Assembly (NCBI GenBank): GCA_017463345.1
Contig: JAFTPI010000054.1
Span: forward strand, 1 to 40,108
DNA length: 40,108 nucleotides
Direction of reading: 5' to 3'
From: Clostridia bacterium
GTDB lineage: Bacteria > Bacillota > Clostridia > Oscillospirales > Acutalibacteraceae
Positions 19,639 to 29,238 of this stretch are shown here, in pieces. The translations under genes were made by a program, and so were the position numbers. Under the pieces are notes generated by a model, which saw only the letters and a list, made by a program, of their open reading frames with translations, was not told the DNA's origin and did not search any database. Within the stretch, counting starts at the first letter, position 1; each line of letters starts with the position of its first letter.

Positions 19639-19865
19639 GCCGTTATTCGGAAAAAAGTTCCTTTAAAAATTTTTTCGTTGTTTTAAATGATTTTTTAAGC
19701 GCTCGATTATGCTTTTTTCACAAACTTTCCCCGTTTTTCACCTCTTTTTGCAAATTGCAACGCAATTTTTACACTTTTTACCATAAAAACTATTGACAAG
19801 CGAGTATTTTTAAAGGAAATTTTTCATAAAAATGGTTAAAATACATTGAAAAAGGACTAATTTTT

Positions 19866-20804
19866 ATGTGTACTGCTATTCATTATTGCCCAAATTCTGC
19901 TTTTTTTGGTAGAACTCTCGACCTGCACTACCATTATAAGGAGTGTTTTTGCGTTATTCCCCGCAATTTTGATTACAATTTTGAAAAAAAGCCCTCAAAA
20001 TGCCACGCTGTTATGGGCACCGCCTTCATTAAGGACAATTTTCCCTTACTTTACGATGCCATGAATGAGAAGGGTCTTGCAATGGCGGGCCTTAATTTTG
20101 TGGGCAACGCTGTTTACGACACGGTTAAAGAAAGAATTTTTCAAATCCCCGTGTTTAAATTCATTCCCTGGGTGTTGTCGCAGGCCGCAAGCGTAGCCGA
20201 AGCCGAGGAGCTTATAAACAAAACCAATATAACAAACGAGGTTTTTTCACAGGAGCTGCCCAATGCACAGCTTCATTTTATTATTGCGGATAAGGAGCGC
20301 GCCATCACCGTAGAGCCCACCGCAAGAGGCATTGTCATCACCGAAAACCCCGTTGGTGTTTTAACGAATAATCCTACCTTCGATTTTCATATTAACAACC
20401 TTTGCCGCTATGCTAATTTGAGCAACACCCAAGGTGAAAATGCTTTTGAAAAAGCTTATGGTCTTAAGGTTTATTCAAACGGTCAGGCAGCCCTTGGACT
20501 GCCGGGAGATTACTCCTCCCCTTCCCGTTTTGTGCGCACGGCTTTTTTAAAGGCAAACTCTACTCCCGCCCAAAAGAACAAAGGCATTAACGAGCTTTTT
20601 CATATTTTAAACAGCGTTCAGGTGCCGCGGGGTGCCGTTAAACGTGATGATAATAAATATGTCACCACCGTTTACACCTGCGGTTATGATTTAGATAAAA
20701 AACTCTATTACTACAAAACCTATGAACATCAAAACATTAAGGAACACCGAATGGACTGTGGCGATTTAAACGGCAAGGTCCCTTTTTGCTTCCCATTTGC
20801 ATAA
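19866..20804 (+). CDS. Choloylglycine hydrolase family (linear amide C-N hydrolase; bile-salt hydrolase / penicillin V acylase type Ntn hydrolase)
   Basis: MCTAI... with Cys2 as the Ntn nucleophile, FGRTLDL, VLTNNPTFDFH and a length of 312 aa. Confidence 0.85.
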   Translation: MCTAIHYCPNSAFFGRTLDLHYHYKECFCVIPRNFDYNFEKKPSKCHAVMGTAFIKDNFPLLYDAMNEKGLAMAGLNFVGNAVYDTVKERIFQIPVFKFIPWVLSQAASVAEAEELINKTNITNEVFSQELPNAQLHFIIADKERAITVEPTARGIVITENPVGVLTNNPTFDFHINNLCRYANLSNTQGENAFEKAYGLKVYSNGQAALGLPGDYSSPSRFVRTAFLKANSTPAQKNKGINELFHILNSVQVPRGAVKRDDNKYVTTVYTCGYDLDKKLYYYKTYEHQNIKEHRMDCGDLNGKVPFCFPFA

Positions 20805-20853
20805 TTTACTAAAATAAGCAAAAAATAAGAAAAAACAAAAAGGAGAAATTAAA

Positions 20854-21450
20854 ATGCCAACAAGTTTTAGCCAAAGCAAAACAAAAGAAAATCTTATGCG
20901 CGCCTTTGCAGGCGAATCCCAAGCGAGAAATCGTTACACCTTTGCCGCCGCCACAGCCAAAAAGCAGAATCTTCACGTTATTGAGGCTGTGTTTACCTTT
21001 ACAGCGGGCCAGGAAAAGGAACACGCCGAAATCTTCTATAATTATTTAAAAGACCTTGACGGTGAAAAAATCACCGTTGATGGCGATTATCCTGTTAATG
21101 TGACAAATGATGTTTCAAAGCTGCTCCAGTACGCGGGAGATAACGAGTTTGAGGAGTATAGCCCCGTTTATAAGACCTTCGGTGACATTGCAAAGGAGGA
21201 GGGCTTCCATCAGATTGCCGCAACCTTTCATAATATTGCCGAAATTGAAAAAAGCCACGGTGAACGCTTCGCAATGCTTAAAAATCTTTTAGATGAAAAC
21301 AAGCTTTTTGTAAGTGATGTAAAATGCAAATGGATTTGCCTTAACTGTGGCTATGTTTTTGAAGGCACTAACGTGCCTGAAAAATGCCCTGTTTGCAGCC
21401 ACGATAAAGGCTATTTTATCAGAATTGAGCTGGCCCCATACACTAAATAA
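20854..21450 (+). CDS. rbr: Rubrerythrin
   Basis: KTKENLMRAFAGESQARNRYTF, the ferritin-like EKEHAE / EKSHGERF pairs, and a C-terminal rubredoxin-like CLNCG...CPVC. Confidence 0.92.
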   Translation: MPTSFSQSKTKENLMRAFAGESQARNRYTFAAATAKKQNLHVIEAVFTFTAGQEKEHAEIFYNYLKDLDGEKITVDGDYPVNVTNDVSKLLQYAGDNEFEEYSPVYKTFGDIAKEEGFHQIAATFHNIAEIEKSHGERFAMLKNLLDENKLFVSDVKCKWICLNCGYVFEGTNVPEKCPVCSHDKGYFIRIELAPYTK

Positions 21451-21512
21451 ATGCACTTGACAAAAACCGCTACTGACTATAAAATTTATTTATAGTTAAG
21501 GAGTGATTACTT

Positions 21513-22244
21513 TTGCGCGATTATGCAGTTGAGCTTGAAAACAGAGTTCAGTTTATAAAAAAACTTTTAGCCAAAAGCGGTGCCAAAGGGGTTATTTTCG
21601 GAAATTCCGGAGGCAAAGACAGCGCCCTTGTGGGCATTCTTTGCAAAAAGGCTACCGATAACACTGTCGGTGTCATTATGCCCTGCGAATCGGCAAGAAA
21701 CTTTGGTGAAGACAAGGATGACGGATTAGAGGTTGCAAAACAGTTCGGCATTGAAACCAGAACCGTTGATTTAACCGACTGCAAGGCATCGGTTATAAAT
21801 GCCGTTAAAGATAAAACTTCCCTTAACAATCAGGCTCTCACAAACATTGCCCCCCGCCTTCGTATGATAACACTTTATGCCATCGGTGCAGCAGAAAATC
21901 TGCTTGTTGCAGGCACGGGAAATCGCAGTGAAAGATATATGGGCTATTTCACAAAATGGGGCGACGGCGGCTGTGATTTTAACCCCATTGCCGATTTAAG
22001 CGTGAAGGAAGTTTACGAATTTTTAGAGTTTTTGGGTGCCCCCGAAAACATTATTAAAAAAGCCCCTAGTGCAGGCCTTTTTGAAGGTCAAACCGATGAG
22101 GCCGAAATGGGGGTTACCTATGCCGCTATTGACAAATATATTGACACGGGCATTGCCACCGAGCACGACAAGGCAATTATCGACCGCTACCATAGGGTAA
22201 GCGAACACAAAAGGAAAATGCCCGCCCTTTATGGTGAAGAATAA
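21513..22244 (+). CDS. nadE: Ammonia-dependent NAD+ synthetase
   Basis: PP-loop GNSGGKDSA, TGNRSERYMGYFTKWGDGG and 243 aa. TTG start sits 9 nt after AAGGAG. Confidence 0.88.
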   Translation: MRDYAVELENRVQFIKKLLAKSGAKGVIFGNSGGKDSALVGILCKKATDNTVGVIMPCESARNFGEDKDDGLEVAKQFGIETRTVDLTDCKASVINAVKDKTSLNNQALTNIAPRLRMITLYAIGAAENLLVAGTGNRSERYMGYFTKWGDGGCDFNPIADLSVKEVYEFLEFLGAPENIIKKAPSAGLFEGQTDEAEMGVTYAAIDKYIDTGIATEHDKAIIDRYHRVSEHKRKMPALYGEE

Positions 22245-22254
22245 AGACAAAAAA

Positions 22255-22284
22255 GAGTAGTTCCAACGGGACTACTCTTTTTTT
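22255..22284 (+). terminator. nadE terminator
   Basis: GAGTAGTTCC-AAC-GGGACTACTC (one G-T pair) followed by TTTTTTT. Confidence 0.8.
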
Positions 22285-22314
22285 GAAATTTTTACACTTT
22301 TATTAATGTTTTTA

Positions 22315-22343
22315 TTGAACGATTTTCTCTTATGTGGTATACT
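22315..22343 (+). promoter_or_regulatory. Rhamnosidase gene promoter
   Basis: TTGAAC (22315..22320), a 17-nt spacer ending in TGg, then TATACT (22338..22343). Confidence 0.45.
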
Positions 22344-22366
22344 TCCTTTCATAAGGAGGCAGTTTT

Positions 22367-24838
22367 ATGAAATACGAAATCAGCAATATAAAAATTGAAT
22401 ATTTCTCCGAGCCAATCGGTCTTAATACTAAATTCCCACACTACTCCTGGGAGTTTATTTGTGATGCAGATAATGTATACCAAAGTAAATACAGAATTCA
22501 GGTTATCAGTTTTACAGATGAGTTATTTTGGGACAGCGGTTTTGTAGAATCGGACAAGACCTTTTCTATTAAGCACAGCGGAAAAGCCTTAGAGCCTGAC
22601 ACCGAATATAAGGTAATTATAGAGTCCTTGCTTGGCGAAGAGCATCTAACAGGGGTGAGCCGCTTTAGAACCGGCCTTATGGATGAGGTTTCCCCTCAAG
22701 CCAAGTGGATAACAGCAAAGAATTTGGCAAATCCCCTTTTCAGAAAAACCTTCCTTTTAAATAAAAAGGCCGCTATTGCTACCGCTTATGTTGCCGCCAG
22801 AGGATTTTATGAGCTATACATAAACGGCGAAAAGGTAGGAGACAGAATTTTGGCCCCTGCCATGCTTAGCCCAAAAAGCTTCCCGAACACCTGCGCCGCC
22901 GATGCTTATGATGTAACCTCCCTGCTGACCACCGATAACAACACCCTGGGTTTAATGCTGGGAACAGGCTATTCTATCACAGATTTCAATCCCTGGGGTT
23001 GGGTTTACGAGGGTGAAAAAAGAGCTTGGGCGGCTCTTTCAATAAAGTTTCAGGACGGAGACCATATACTTATAACCTCCGATGAAAGCTGGTTAACCCA
23101 TAACGGTCCTATTGTTTCGTCATCAATATACCACGGTGAAACCTATGATAAAAACCTTGAAATTGAGGGTTGGAGCGAACCGTATATTGACACGAGCGGC
23201 TGGACTGAAGCCACAATATCGGAAATCCAGGAGAATGTTTTAAACACCTATACTGCTCCCATAAAAAAGCTGAGCCGCAAGGAATGCACAGAGCTTATTG
23301 CCCGAAACGATTCGGTTACCTTCTGCGACTTTAAGGAAAACGGAGCGGGATTCCTTTGTGTAAAGGTTGTCGGCAAAACCGGTGCCAAGGTTACAATCAC
23401 CCATTCGGAGCATATTAACCCTGACGGAAGCCTTAACACCTTCACAAACCGCAACGCCAAGGCCACCGATGTTTATATTCTTAAAGGGGACGAAACCGAG
23501 GTTTATGAGCCTAGGTTCACCTACCACTGCTTCCGCTATGCCGAAATCCATATAGAAGGCGAAGCTCAACTTATATCTGCCGAAAAGGTTACCATTGGCG
23601 CCGCGCTTCAAAATGACAGTGATTTTTACTGCGATGACGCTATGATAAAGCGTTTTTACGATAATGCTATGAGGTCGGTCTGTTCGAATTTTATGAGCCA
23701 CCCCACCGATTGTGCCGTAAGAGATGAGCGCACCCCCTGCCTTATGGATACTATGGCCTATGAGGAGCTTTGCCTGCATAGCCTTGATATGCAGGGCTAC
23801 TACCGCCATTGGCTCAATAATATATATAACCAATTTGACCCCAACGGCTGCTTCCCTCTTTGGGATGGCGACATTATAACCCTTCCAAAACTTATGGCAG
23901 AGCATTACGGTGATGAAGATGTGGAAAGACTCATGTACCCGAGAATGAAATGGGTTGTGGAAAAGAGCTTTAACACCTACAAGGAAAACGGTTTTGTTAC
24001 CACCTTTGGTGATTGGTGCGCCCCCATTGACAATCCAGAAAATGACTACAAAAAATGCTTCCATTTCGGCGGTGAAGCAGGACTTTGTGCCGCCGTTTAC
24101 CAGCTTCGTTATCTTTGTGAACTCTGCGAAAGGCTTGGATATCCCGAAGATAAAAAATATTACACCGAACTCATAGAGTTTTATTTAAATGAGTTCTATG
24201 AAAAATATTTCGATGAGGAAAAGTGCTGCTTCTCCGATGGTCAGCAGACCCCGAACCTTGTGGCACTCGGAATGGATGTGGCAAAACCCGAACATCGAAA
24301 AGGGATTTTAGCTGCCCTTAAAAAGCACATTCGCGAGGTGGATGAATATCGCCACTACACCGGCATTACCGGCACAAGATTTTTAATTCGCGTTTTGTCA
24401 CAGGACAAGGAAGGCATGGAAATTCTTGACCGTATGCTCCACGGAACCGAGTATCCAAGCTTTGGCAGACAGGTGCTTGAATATGATGCCACTACACTGC
24501 ACGAGCAATGGCTTAATCTTGAAGGTATGATGTCGGGAGACCATCCGATGTTTGCAGGAATTTTTGCCGATTACTACCGCATTTTCGCAGGTATCACAGG
24601 CAAAGATAATTACAAAGAAATTACCATTGCTCCAAATCTTCCTGAGAGCATAAACGAGCTTCGCTGCACCTTCCATTCGGTGAGAGGAAAAATAAGTGTA
24701 AATGTGCAAAAAATTTCGGGTAAATACTATTTTGATACCGTAATCCCTCCCAACTGCACAGCAACACTTATAACCCCTGGCGGTGAGAAAATCCTTCTCG
24801 GCAACGGAAAATTCACAACAAAAAAAGAGCGGTTTTAA
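22367..24838 (+). CDS. Alpha-L-rhamnosidase-like glycoside hydrolase (GH78-type architecture)
   Basis: 823 aa. The N-terminal rhamnosidase-like region (ARGFYELYINGEKVGDRILAP), the central six-hairpin region (HPTDCAVRDERTPCLMD) and the C-terminal beta-sandwich follow the usual GH78 pattern. Confidence 0.78.
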   Translation: MKYEISNIKIEYFSEPIGLNTKFPHYSWEFICDADNVYQSKYRIQVISFTDELFWDSGFVESDKTFSIKHSGKALEPDTEYKVIIESLLGEEHLTGVSRFRTGLMDEVSPQAKWITAKNLANPLFRKTFLLNKKAAIATAYVAARGFYELYINGEKVGDRILAPAMLSPKSFPNTCAADAYDVTSLLTTDNNTLGLMLGTGYSITDFNPWGWVYEGEKRAWAALSIKFQDGDHILITSDESWLTHNGPIVSSSIYHGETYDKNLEIEGWSEPYIDTSGWTEATISEIQENVLNTYTAPIKKLSRKECTELIARNDSVTFCDFKENGAGFLCVKVVGKTGAKVTITHSEHINPDGSLNTFTNRNAKATDVYILKGDETEVYEPRFTYHCFRYAEIHIEGEAQLISAEKVTIGAALQNDSDFYCDDAMIKRFYDNAMRSVCSNFMSHPTDCAVRDERTPCLMDTMAYEELCLHSLDMQGYYRHWLNNIYNQFDPNGCFPLWDGDIITLPKLMAEHYGDEDVERLMYPRMKWVVEKSFNTYKENGFVTTFGDWCAPIDNPENDYKKCFHFGGEAGLCAAVYQLRYLCELCERLGYPEDKKYYTELIEFYLNEFYEKYFDEEKCCFSDGQQTPNLVALGMDVAKPEHRKGILAALKKHIREVDEYRHYTGITGTRFLIRVLSQDKEGMEILDRMLHGTEYPSFGRQVLEYDATTLHEQWLNLEGMMSGDHPMFAGIFADYYRIFAGITGKDNYKEITIAPNLPESINELRCTFHSVRGKISVNVQKISGKYYFDTVIPPNCTATLITPGGEKILLGNGKFTTKKERF

Positions 24839-24851
24839 CCGCTCTTTTTTT
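24821..24851. terminator. Bidirectional terminator between the rhamnosidase gene and galK
   Basis: AAAAAA-GAGCGGT-TTTA-ACCGCTC-TTTTTTT. Confidence 0.75.
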
Positions 24852-24855
24852 AATT

Positions 24856-26127
24856 TTACTTAACCTCATATCCGCCAACCGAGCGAATTTTAAGAGGAAT
24901 ACAGGAATCCTTTCCGAAAACGGCTTCGATTTCTGCTTTATAATTTTCAAAGCATTCGTTTTTAACATAGCACTGAATTGTGCCTGCAAAACCGCCGCCG
25001 TGAACGCGGCAAACACCGCACTCCCCGAGAATTTCCTCGGTTAAGGCAATAGCAAGGGTTATTCCCTGCTCCGCCGAATTGGTAGCGGAATAAACATTTT
25101 GAAGGAAACGATAGGATGAATCGCCCGAAGCCTTAACAAGCTTTAAAAAGCCCTCAAATTCTTTCTCTTTAAGAAGGGCTTTTTGTTTTTCGGCGCGTGC
25201 ATCCTCATTAAAGAAATGAATCGCGCGCAAAATTGCCCTATCACAAACCTTGCCTTTAAGCGAAGGCAGAGCTTTTTTAAATTCAGAGAAGGAAACATCC
25301 CTTAAAAAGTCCTTGCCAAAATAATTTGCAACTGCCTTGCAGTCAAGGGTTATATCGGCATAATCCTGTGTTAAATCGGCGTGGTTGCCGCCGGTATTAA
25401 CAACGCAAAGGGTGTAGCCCGAAGCGCTTAAATCAAAATCAACCTTTTCGGCTTTTGGTGCCGTGGGGTCAGCAAAGTCCATTGCCGTAAAACCGCCAAA
25501 GGAGCAGGCACACTGGTCTAAAAGTCCACAGGGTTTGCCAAAATATTCTCTTTCTGACTTTTGGGAAATTAGAGCAATCTCCATTGCGGAGAGCTTTGAA
25601 TCGTTATAAAGACAGTTTAAAACGGTGCAAACAAGCACTTCAAAAGCAGCAGATGAGGAAAGACCCGAGCCCTTTAAAACATTAGAGGTTGTGTAGGCGT
25701 TAAAGCCGCCAACACTATAACCCTTTTCCTTAAAAAAGGCACAAATTCCGCGAACAAGAGAAAGCGAGGTTCCCTCCTGCTCTTTTTTATAATCAAGGTC
25801 ATTTAAATCAATAACATCGGTGCCATAGCCTTCAGATTCAATGCGGATAATATTATCGCTGTTTTTTGAAGCAACGGCAATAACGTCCATATCGGCAGCG
25901 CCGGCCAGCACTCTGCCGTGCTGATGGTCGGTGTGGTTGCCGCCGATTTCGGTTCTGCCGGGGGCGCTGAAAAGGCGGATATCTTCCATTTCACCAAATG
26001 TTGCACAAAAGCTGTCGCAGGCGGACAAATAACGCTTCTGAGCTTCGGCTGTGTCTTTATAAAGCAGAGAGAAGCTTTTATTAAGCTCCCCCTGAGAAAT
26101 TTGAGTTTTAATTTCGTTTACAGTCAT
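24856..26127 (-). CDS. galK: Galactokinase-family GHMP sugar kinase
   Basis: FSAPGRTEIGGNHTDHQHG (galactokinase signature variant), the GHMP ATP motif LKGSGLSSSAAFEV, and C-terminal HGGGFAGT. Lies 12 nt downstream of ackA. Confidence 0.82.
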   Translation of the reverse strand: MTVNEIKTQISQGELNKSFSLLYKDTAEAQKRYLSACDSFCATFGEMEDIRLFSAPGRTEIGGNHTDHQHGRVLAGAADMDVIAVASKNSDNIIRIESEGYGTDVIDLNDLDYKKEQEGTSLSLVRGICAFFKEKGYSVGGFNAYTTSNVLKGSGLSSSAAFEVLVCTVLNCLYNDSKLSAMEIALISQKSEREYFGKPCGLLDQCACSFGGFTAMDFADPTAPKAEKVDFDLSASGYTLCVVNTGGNHADLTQDYADITLDCKAVANYFGKDFLRDVSFSEFKKALPSLKGKVCDRAILRAIHFFNEDARAEKQKALLKEKEFEGFLKLVKASGDSSYRFLQNVYSATNSAEQGITLAIALTEEILGECGVCRVHGGGFAGTIQCYVKNECFENYKAEIEAVFGKDSCIPLKIRSVGGYEVK

Positions 26128-26139
26128 TATTTTCTTTCC

Positions 26140-27327
26140 CTATTTAATAAGTGCCAAGGTATCTCTTGCTATAGCAAGCTCTTCGTTGGTGGGGATAATG
26201 TAAACATTAACCTTAGAATCATCAGTGGAAATTTTAATTTCCTTACCTCTTACCTTATTTGCCTCATAGTCACATTTAACTCCGAGGAATGCAAGGCTAT
26301 CGCAAATGTAGGCGCGAAGCTCGGCATCGTTTTCACCGATACCGCCTGTAAATGCAATGGCATCAACACCGCCGAGAGCGGCAATGTAAGAGCCGATGAA
26401 TTTAAGAATTTGATAACGCTGCATATCAATAGCAAGCTGTGCACGCTCATTGCCCTGCTGGGCTGCGGCGGCAACATCACGATTATCGTTAGAAATGCCC
26501 GAAATACCAAACACACCTGATTTTTTGTTGCAGATGTTGGACATTTCATCGGGTGTTAGGTTTTCCTTGTTAGCAATAAAGGTAACGGCCGAGGGGTCGA
26601 GTGTACCTGTACGGGTGCCCATCATAAAGCCATCAAGAGGAGTAAAGCCCATAGAGGTATCAAAGCACTTGCCATCCTTAATAGCTGTAATTGAGCAACC
26701 ATTGCCAAGGTGGCAGGTAATAACCTTTTTATCCTGACTGCCCTCAATAGCAAGAACTCTCTGGCTTACAAAGTGGTGAGAGGTGCCGTGTGCGCCGTAC
26801 TTGCGAACCTTGTATTTTTCATAATACTCATAAGGCAGCGCATACATATAAACCTTGGGCTCCATTGTTTGATGGAAGGAGGTATCAAAAACTGCAACCT
26901 GAGGAATTTCGGTACCAAAGGTTTTAATGCAGGCTCTAATTGCCAAAACATGTGCGGGGTTGTGCAGAGGAGCAAGCTCACCGAGGGCATCGATATCGGC
27001 AAGAGCCTCGGGAGTGATAATTGTGGATTTTGAGAAGATGCTACCACCCTGAACGATGCGGTGACCGATTGCGGAAATCTCATCAAAGGAGTCAATAACC
27101 TTTGCATCACTCTTGGTCATTGCATAAACAACGGCCTCAAAAGCCTCACTATGGGTGGGCATAGGAATTTCTGCGGCATAAACTCGGCCATCAGCCGCTG
27201 TGTGTTTAATGGCGCCTGTAACGCCGATTCTTTCACAAAGGCCCTTTGCAAGAACACTCTCATCGGTCATATCAATAAGCTGATACTTAAGCGAAGAGCT
27301 ACCTGCATTAACAACGAAAATTTTCAT
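26140..27327 (-). CDS. ackA: Acetate kinase
   Basis: MKIFVVNAGSSSLKYQL, HRIVQGG, YGAHGTSH and IAFTGGIGEN. ATG 27327 has a GGTGA 5 nt upstream, whereas the track start at 27336 is a GTG. Confidence 0.96.
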   Translation of the reverse strand: MKIFVVNAGSSSLKYQLIDMTDESVLAKGLCERIGVTGAIKHTAADGRVYAAEIPMPTHSEAFEAVVYAMTKSDAKVIDSFDEISAIGHRIVQGGSIFSKSTIITPEALADIDALGELAPLHNPAHVLAIRACIKTFGTEIPQVAVFDTSFHQTMEPKVYMYALPYEYYEKYKVRKYGAHGTSHHFVSQRVLAIEGSQDKKVITCHLGNGCSITAIKDGKCFDTSMGFTPLDGFMMGTRTGTLDPSAVTFIANKENLTPDEMSNICNKKSGVFGISGISNDNRDVAAAAQQGNERAQLAIDMQRYQILKFIGSYIAALGGVDAIAFTGGIGENDAELRAYICDSLAFLGVKCDYEANKVRGKEIKISTDDSKVNVYIIPTNEELAIARDTLALIK

Positions 27328-27467
27328 TTTAATCACCTTTACCTAAATTTTAAATACAGTATTGAACAAGCTTTTAACTTGTGATAAACTAATACTGACA
27401 TATACTTATATATAATATCCCAAATGTAATGTTTTTTCAAGGGTTTTTGGAAAAAAGAGGTGTTTTT

Positions 27468-28646
27468 TTGAATATTGCAGGTATTATAGCAGAATTTAAT
27501 CCCCTGCACAATGGGCATAAATATTTAATCCAGCAGGCAAAAAAAGAAAATGATGCCGTTGTTGCCGTTATGAGTGGAAACTTCGTTCAGCGTGGCGACA
27601 CTGCGATTTTCTCAAAATTTGACCGCGCTAAGGCCGCCGTTCAAAACGGTGTTGATTTGTGCATTGAACTGCCCACCCCCTGGGCAATGGCAACGGCGCA
27701 AACCTTTGCCGAGGGCGCCGTTCAAATTATGAATAGCCTTGTGTTTGTTAACTCCCTTTATTTCGGCAGCGAATGTGCCGACATTGACCTGATAAGCCGC
27801 ACCTCTCAAATTTTCAGCGATAAAAATTTCAGCGACCTTATTACCTCTCAGCTTAAAAACGGCGTAACCTTTGCCGCCGCAAGGCAAACGGCAGTAAGCC
27901 GAATTGATGAGCGCGCCGCTAATATCCTTGCCAACCCAAATGACATTTTGGCAACCGAATATATAAGTGCATTAAACCGCCTGAACAGCGGCATAAAGCC
28001 CCACTGCATAAAGCGACAGGGTGCTGCTCACGACAGCAATGAGGCATCAGGAAACTTCCTTTCTGCTTCTAAGCTTCGTTCCCTTATTTTAACAGATGAA
28101 ATTGATGCAATAAAACCGTTCTGCCCCAAAACATCTTTTGAAATTATTAAAAATGCCAACACATCTAATATAAAACGCATTGAAACCGATATTTTAGGAA
28201 AGCTAAGGCGTGCCGAGCTTTCAGATTTTCGAAGTCTCCCCGACATCAGCGAGGGCATTGAAAACCGCCTTTTTGCCGCCGCAAAGAGCGCCACAAGCCT
28301 CAATGAGCTTTACTCACTTATTAAAACCAAGCGTTACACCCTTTCCCGCATCCGCCGCCTCGTTTTATCGGCATATCTTGATTTAAGGGCAGATTATTTA
28401 AAATCTCCCCCACCCTATGCCCGCGTTTTGGCTTTTTCCAAAAAGGGTGAGGAAATCATTAAGATTTTCTCCTCCATAACCAAAATTCCCCTCGTTATGC
28501 GTGCAGGTGATTTTGAAAAACTGGGTGACACAGCAGGCAAAATTTTCATCGCCGAAAGAAACGCCACCGACCTTTACGCTTTATCCCTTAAAACTCCCCT
28601 GCCCTGCGGCACCGAGTTTACCGAAATGATTCATAAGGAAAAATAA
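27468..28646 (+). CDS. tmcAL: tRNA(Met) cytidine acetate ligase (TmcAL / YlbM, UPF0348 nucleotidyltransferase)
   Basis: NIAGIIAEFNPLHNGHKYLI (HxGH-type nucleotidyltransferase N-terminus), VMSGNFVQRGD, and a length of about 390 aa. Probable TTG start at 27468, 5 nt after AGAGGTG. Confidence 0.8.
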   Translation: MNIAGIIAEFNPLHNGHKYLIQQAKKENDAVVAVMSGNFVQRGDTAIFSKFDRAKAAVQNGVDLCIELPTPWAMATAQTFAEGAVQIMNSLVFVNSLYFGSECADIDLISRTSQIFSDKNFSDLITSQLKNGVTFAAARQTAVSRIDERAANILANPNDILATEYISALNRLNSGIKPHCIKRQGAAHDSNEASGNFLSASKLRSLILTDEIDAIKPFCPKTSFEIIKNANTSNIKRIETDILGKLRRAELSDFRSLPDISEGIENRLFAAAKSATSLNELYSLIKTKRYTLSRIRRLVLSAYLDLRADYLKSPPPYARVLAFSKKGEEIIKIFSSITKIPLVMRAGDFEKLGDTAGKIFIAERNATDLYALSLKTPLPCGTEFTEMIHKEK

Positions 28647-28672
28647 AAAGCAGCCCACGAGCTGCTTTTTTA
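28646..28672. terminator. Bidirectional terminator between tmcAL and the lipoprotein gene
   Basis: AAAGCAGC-CCACGA-GCTGCTTT followed by TTT. Confidence 0.7.
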
Positions 28673-29095
28673 TTATTTATTTTCAGCAACGAAGGAATAC
28701 AGCCTTCCGTCAGTTATTTTTAATTCCTCATAGTTTCCTTCAACCTTTTTACCCTCTTCATACAGCACCCAGGCGCTTCCGGTTGTTTCATCAACCGCAT
28801 CATCTAAAACCTCTGTTATGGTCTCGCCATATTTGGAAGAAACCATTTTGGTTTCTCTGAGTGCTTCAAGGACATAGGTTGAGCTTGTGTTGATTTTAAA
28901 TCTTTGTCTCAATCCTCTTGGGTCAACACATTCGAAAAAAAATGAAATCCTGCCGGAACCGATGATGTTATAATACTTGTCGCCAAACGGCGCACTGTTC
29001 TCCTCATGCGTTTCCTCCTTAGAGCAGCCGCAAAGCAAAGTGCCGCAGGATAGAATAATGACAAAGCAAAGACAAACTGCTAAAAACCGTTTCAT
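28673..29095 (-). CDS. Small secreted lipoprotein (possibly DUF4430-like)
   Basis: Signal peptide with lipobox: MKRFLAVCLCFVIILSCGTLLCG-C. The 115-aa mature domain carries a GSAWVLYEEGKKV motif. Confidence 0.7.
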   Translation of the reverse strand: MKRFLAVCLCFVIILSCGTLLCGCSKEETHEENSAPFGDKYYNIIGSGRISFFFECVDPRGLRQRFKINTSSTYVLEALRETKMVSSKYGETITEVLDDAVDETTGSAWVLYEEGKKVEGNYEELKITDGRLYSFVAENK

Positions 29096-29173
29096 TAAAA
29101 AACACCAACCTCTTTAATTTAACAAACTTAGTTTAACACAGTTTACCATTAAAATCAACCACCGTATTTTCCC

Positions 29174-29201
29174 TTGCAAATGGAATAATTTGTGATATAA
29201 T
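29174..29201 (+). promoter_or_regulatory. Promoter of the DtxR-family regulator / P-type ATPase operon
   Basis: TTGCAA (29174..29179), a 16-nt spacer, then an extended -10, TGaTATAAT (29193..29201). Confidence 0.5.
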
Positions 29202-29238
29202 GTATAATGTATATTTATGTGCAAGGAGGTTTAAAACA

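Noticed and set aside
19543-19760. Recurrent TTTGCAAA 8-bp palindromes in the rpoB upstream region, and TTTTTGCAAAAA at 8838..8849
   Set aside because: Two copies are simply the arms of the leader hairpin at 19544..19575. The others look like -35-type TTGCAA hexamers in AT-rich intergenic DNA. The support is too weak to propose a binding site.
20864-20881. Near-copy of the feo palindrome (TTAGC-CAAA-GCAAA) at the start of the rubrerythrin gene
   Set aside because: It matches only 9/10 core positions. About one such near-match is expected by chance in 40 kb, so it is not evidence of regulon membership on its own.
29124-29134. Short palindrome AAACT-T-AGTTT and direct TTTAACA repeats upstream of the DtxR-family gene, considered as an autoregulatory operator
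   Set aside because: It is only 11 bp, AT-rich, lies about 40 bp upstream of the -35, and is unrelated to the GTTAGC palindrome. This is insufficient to call.
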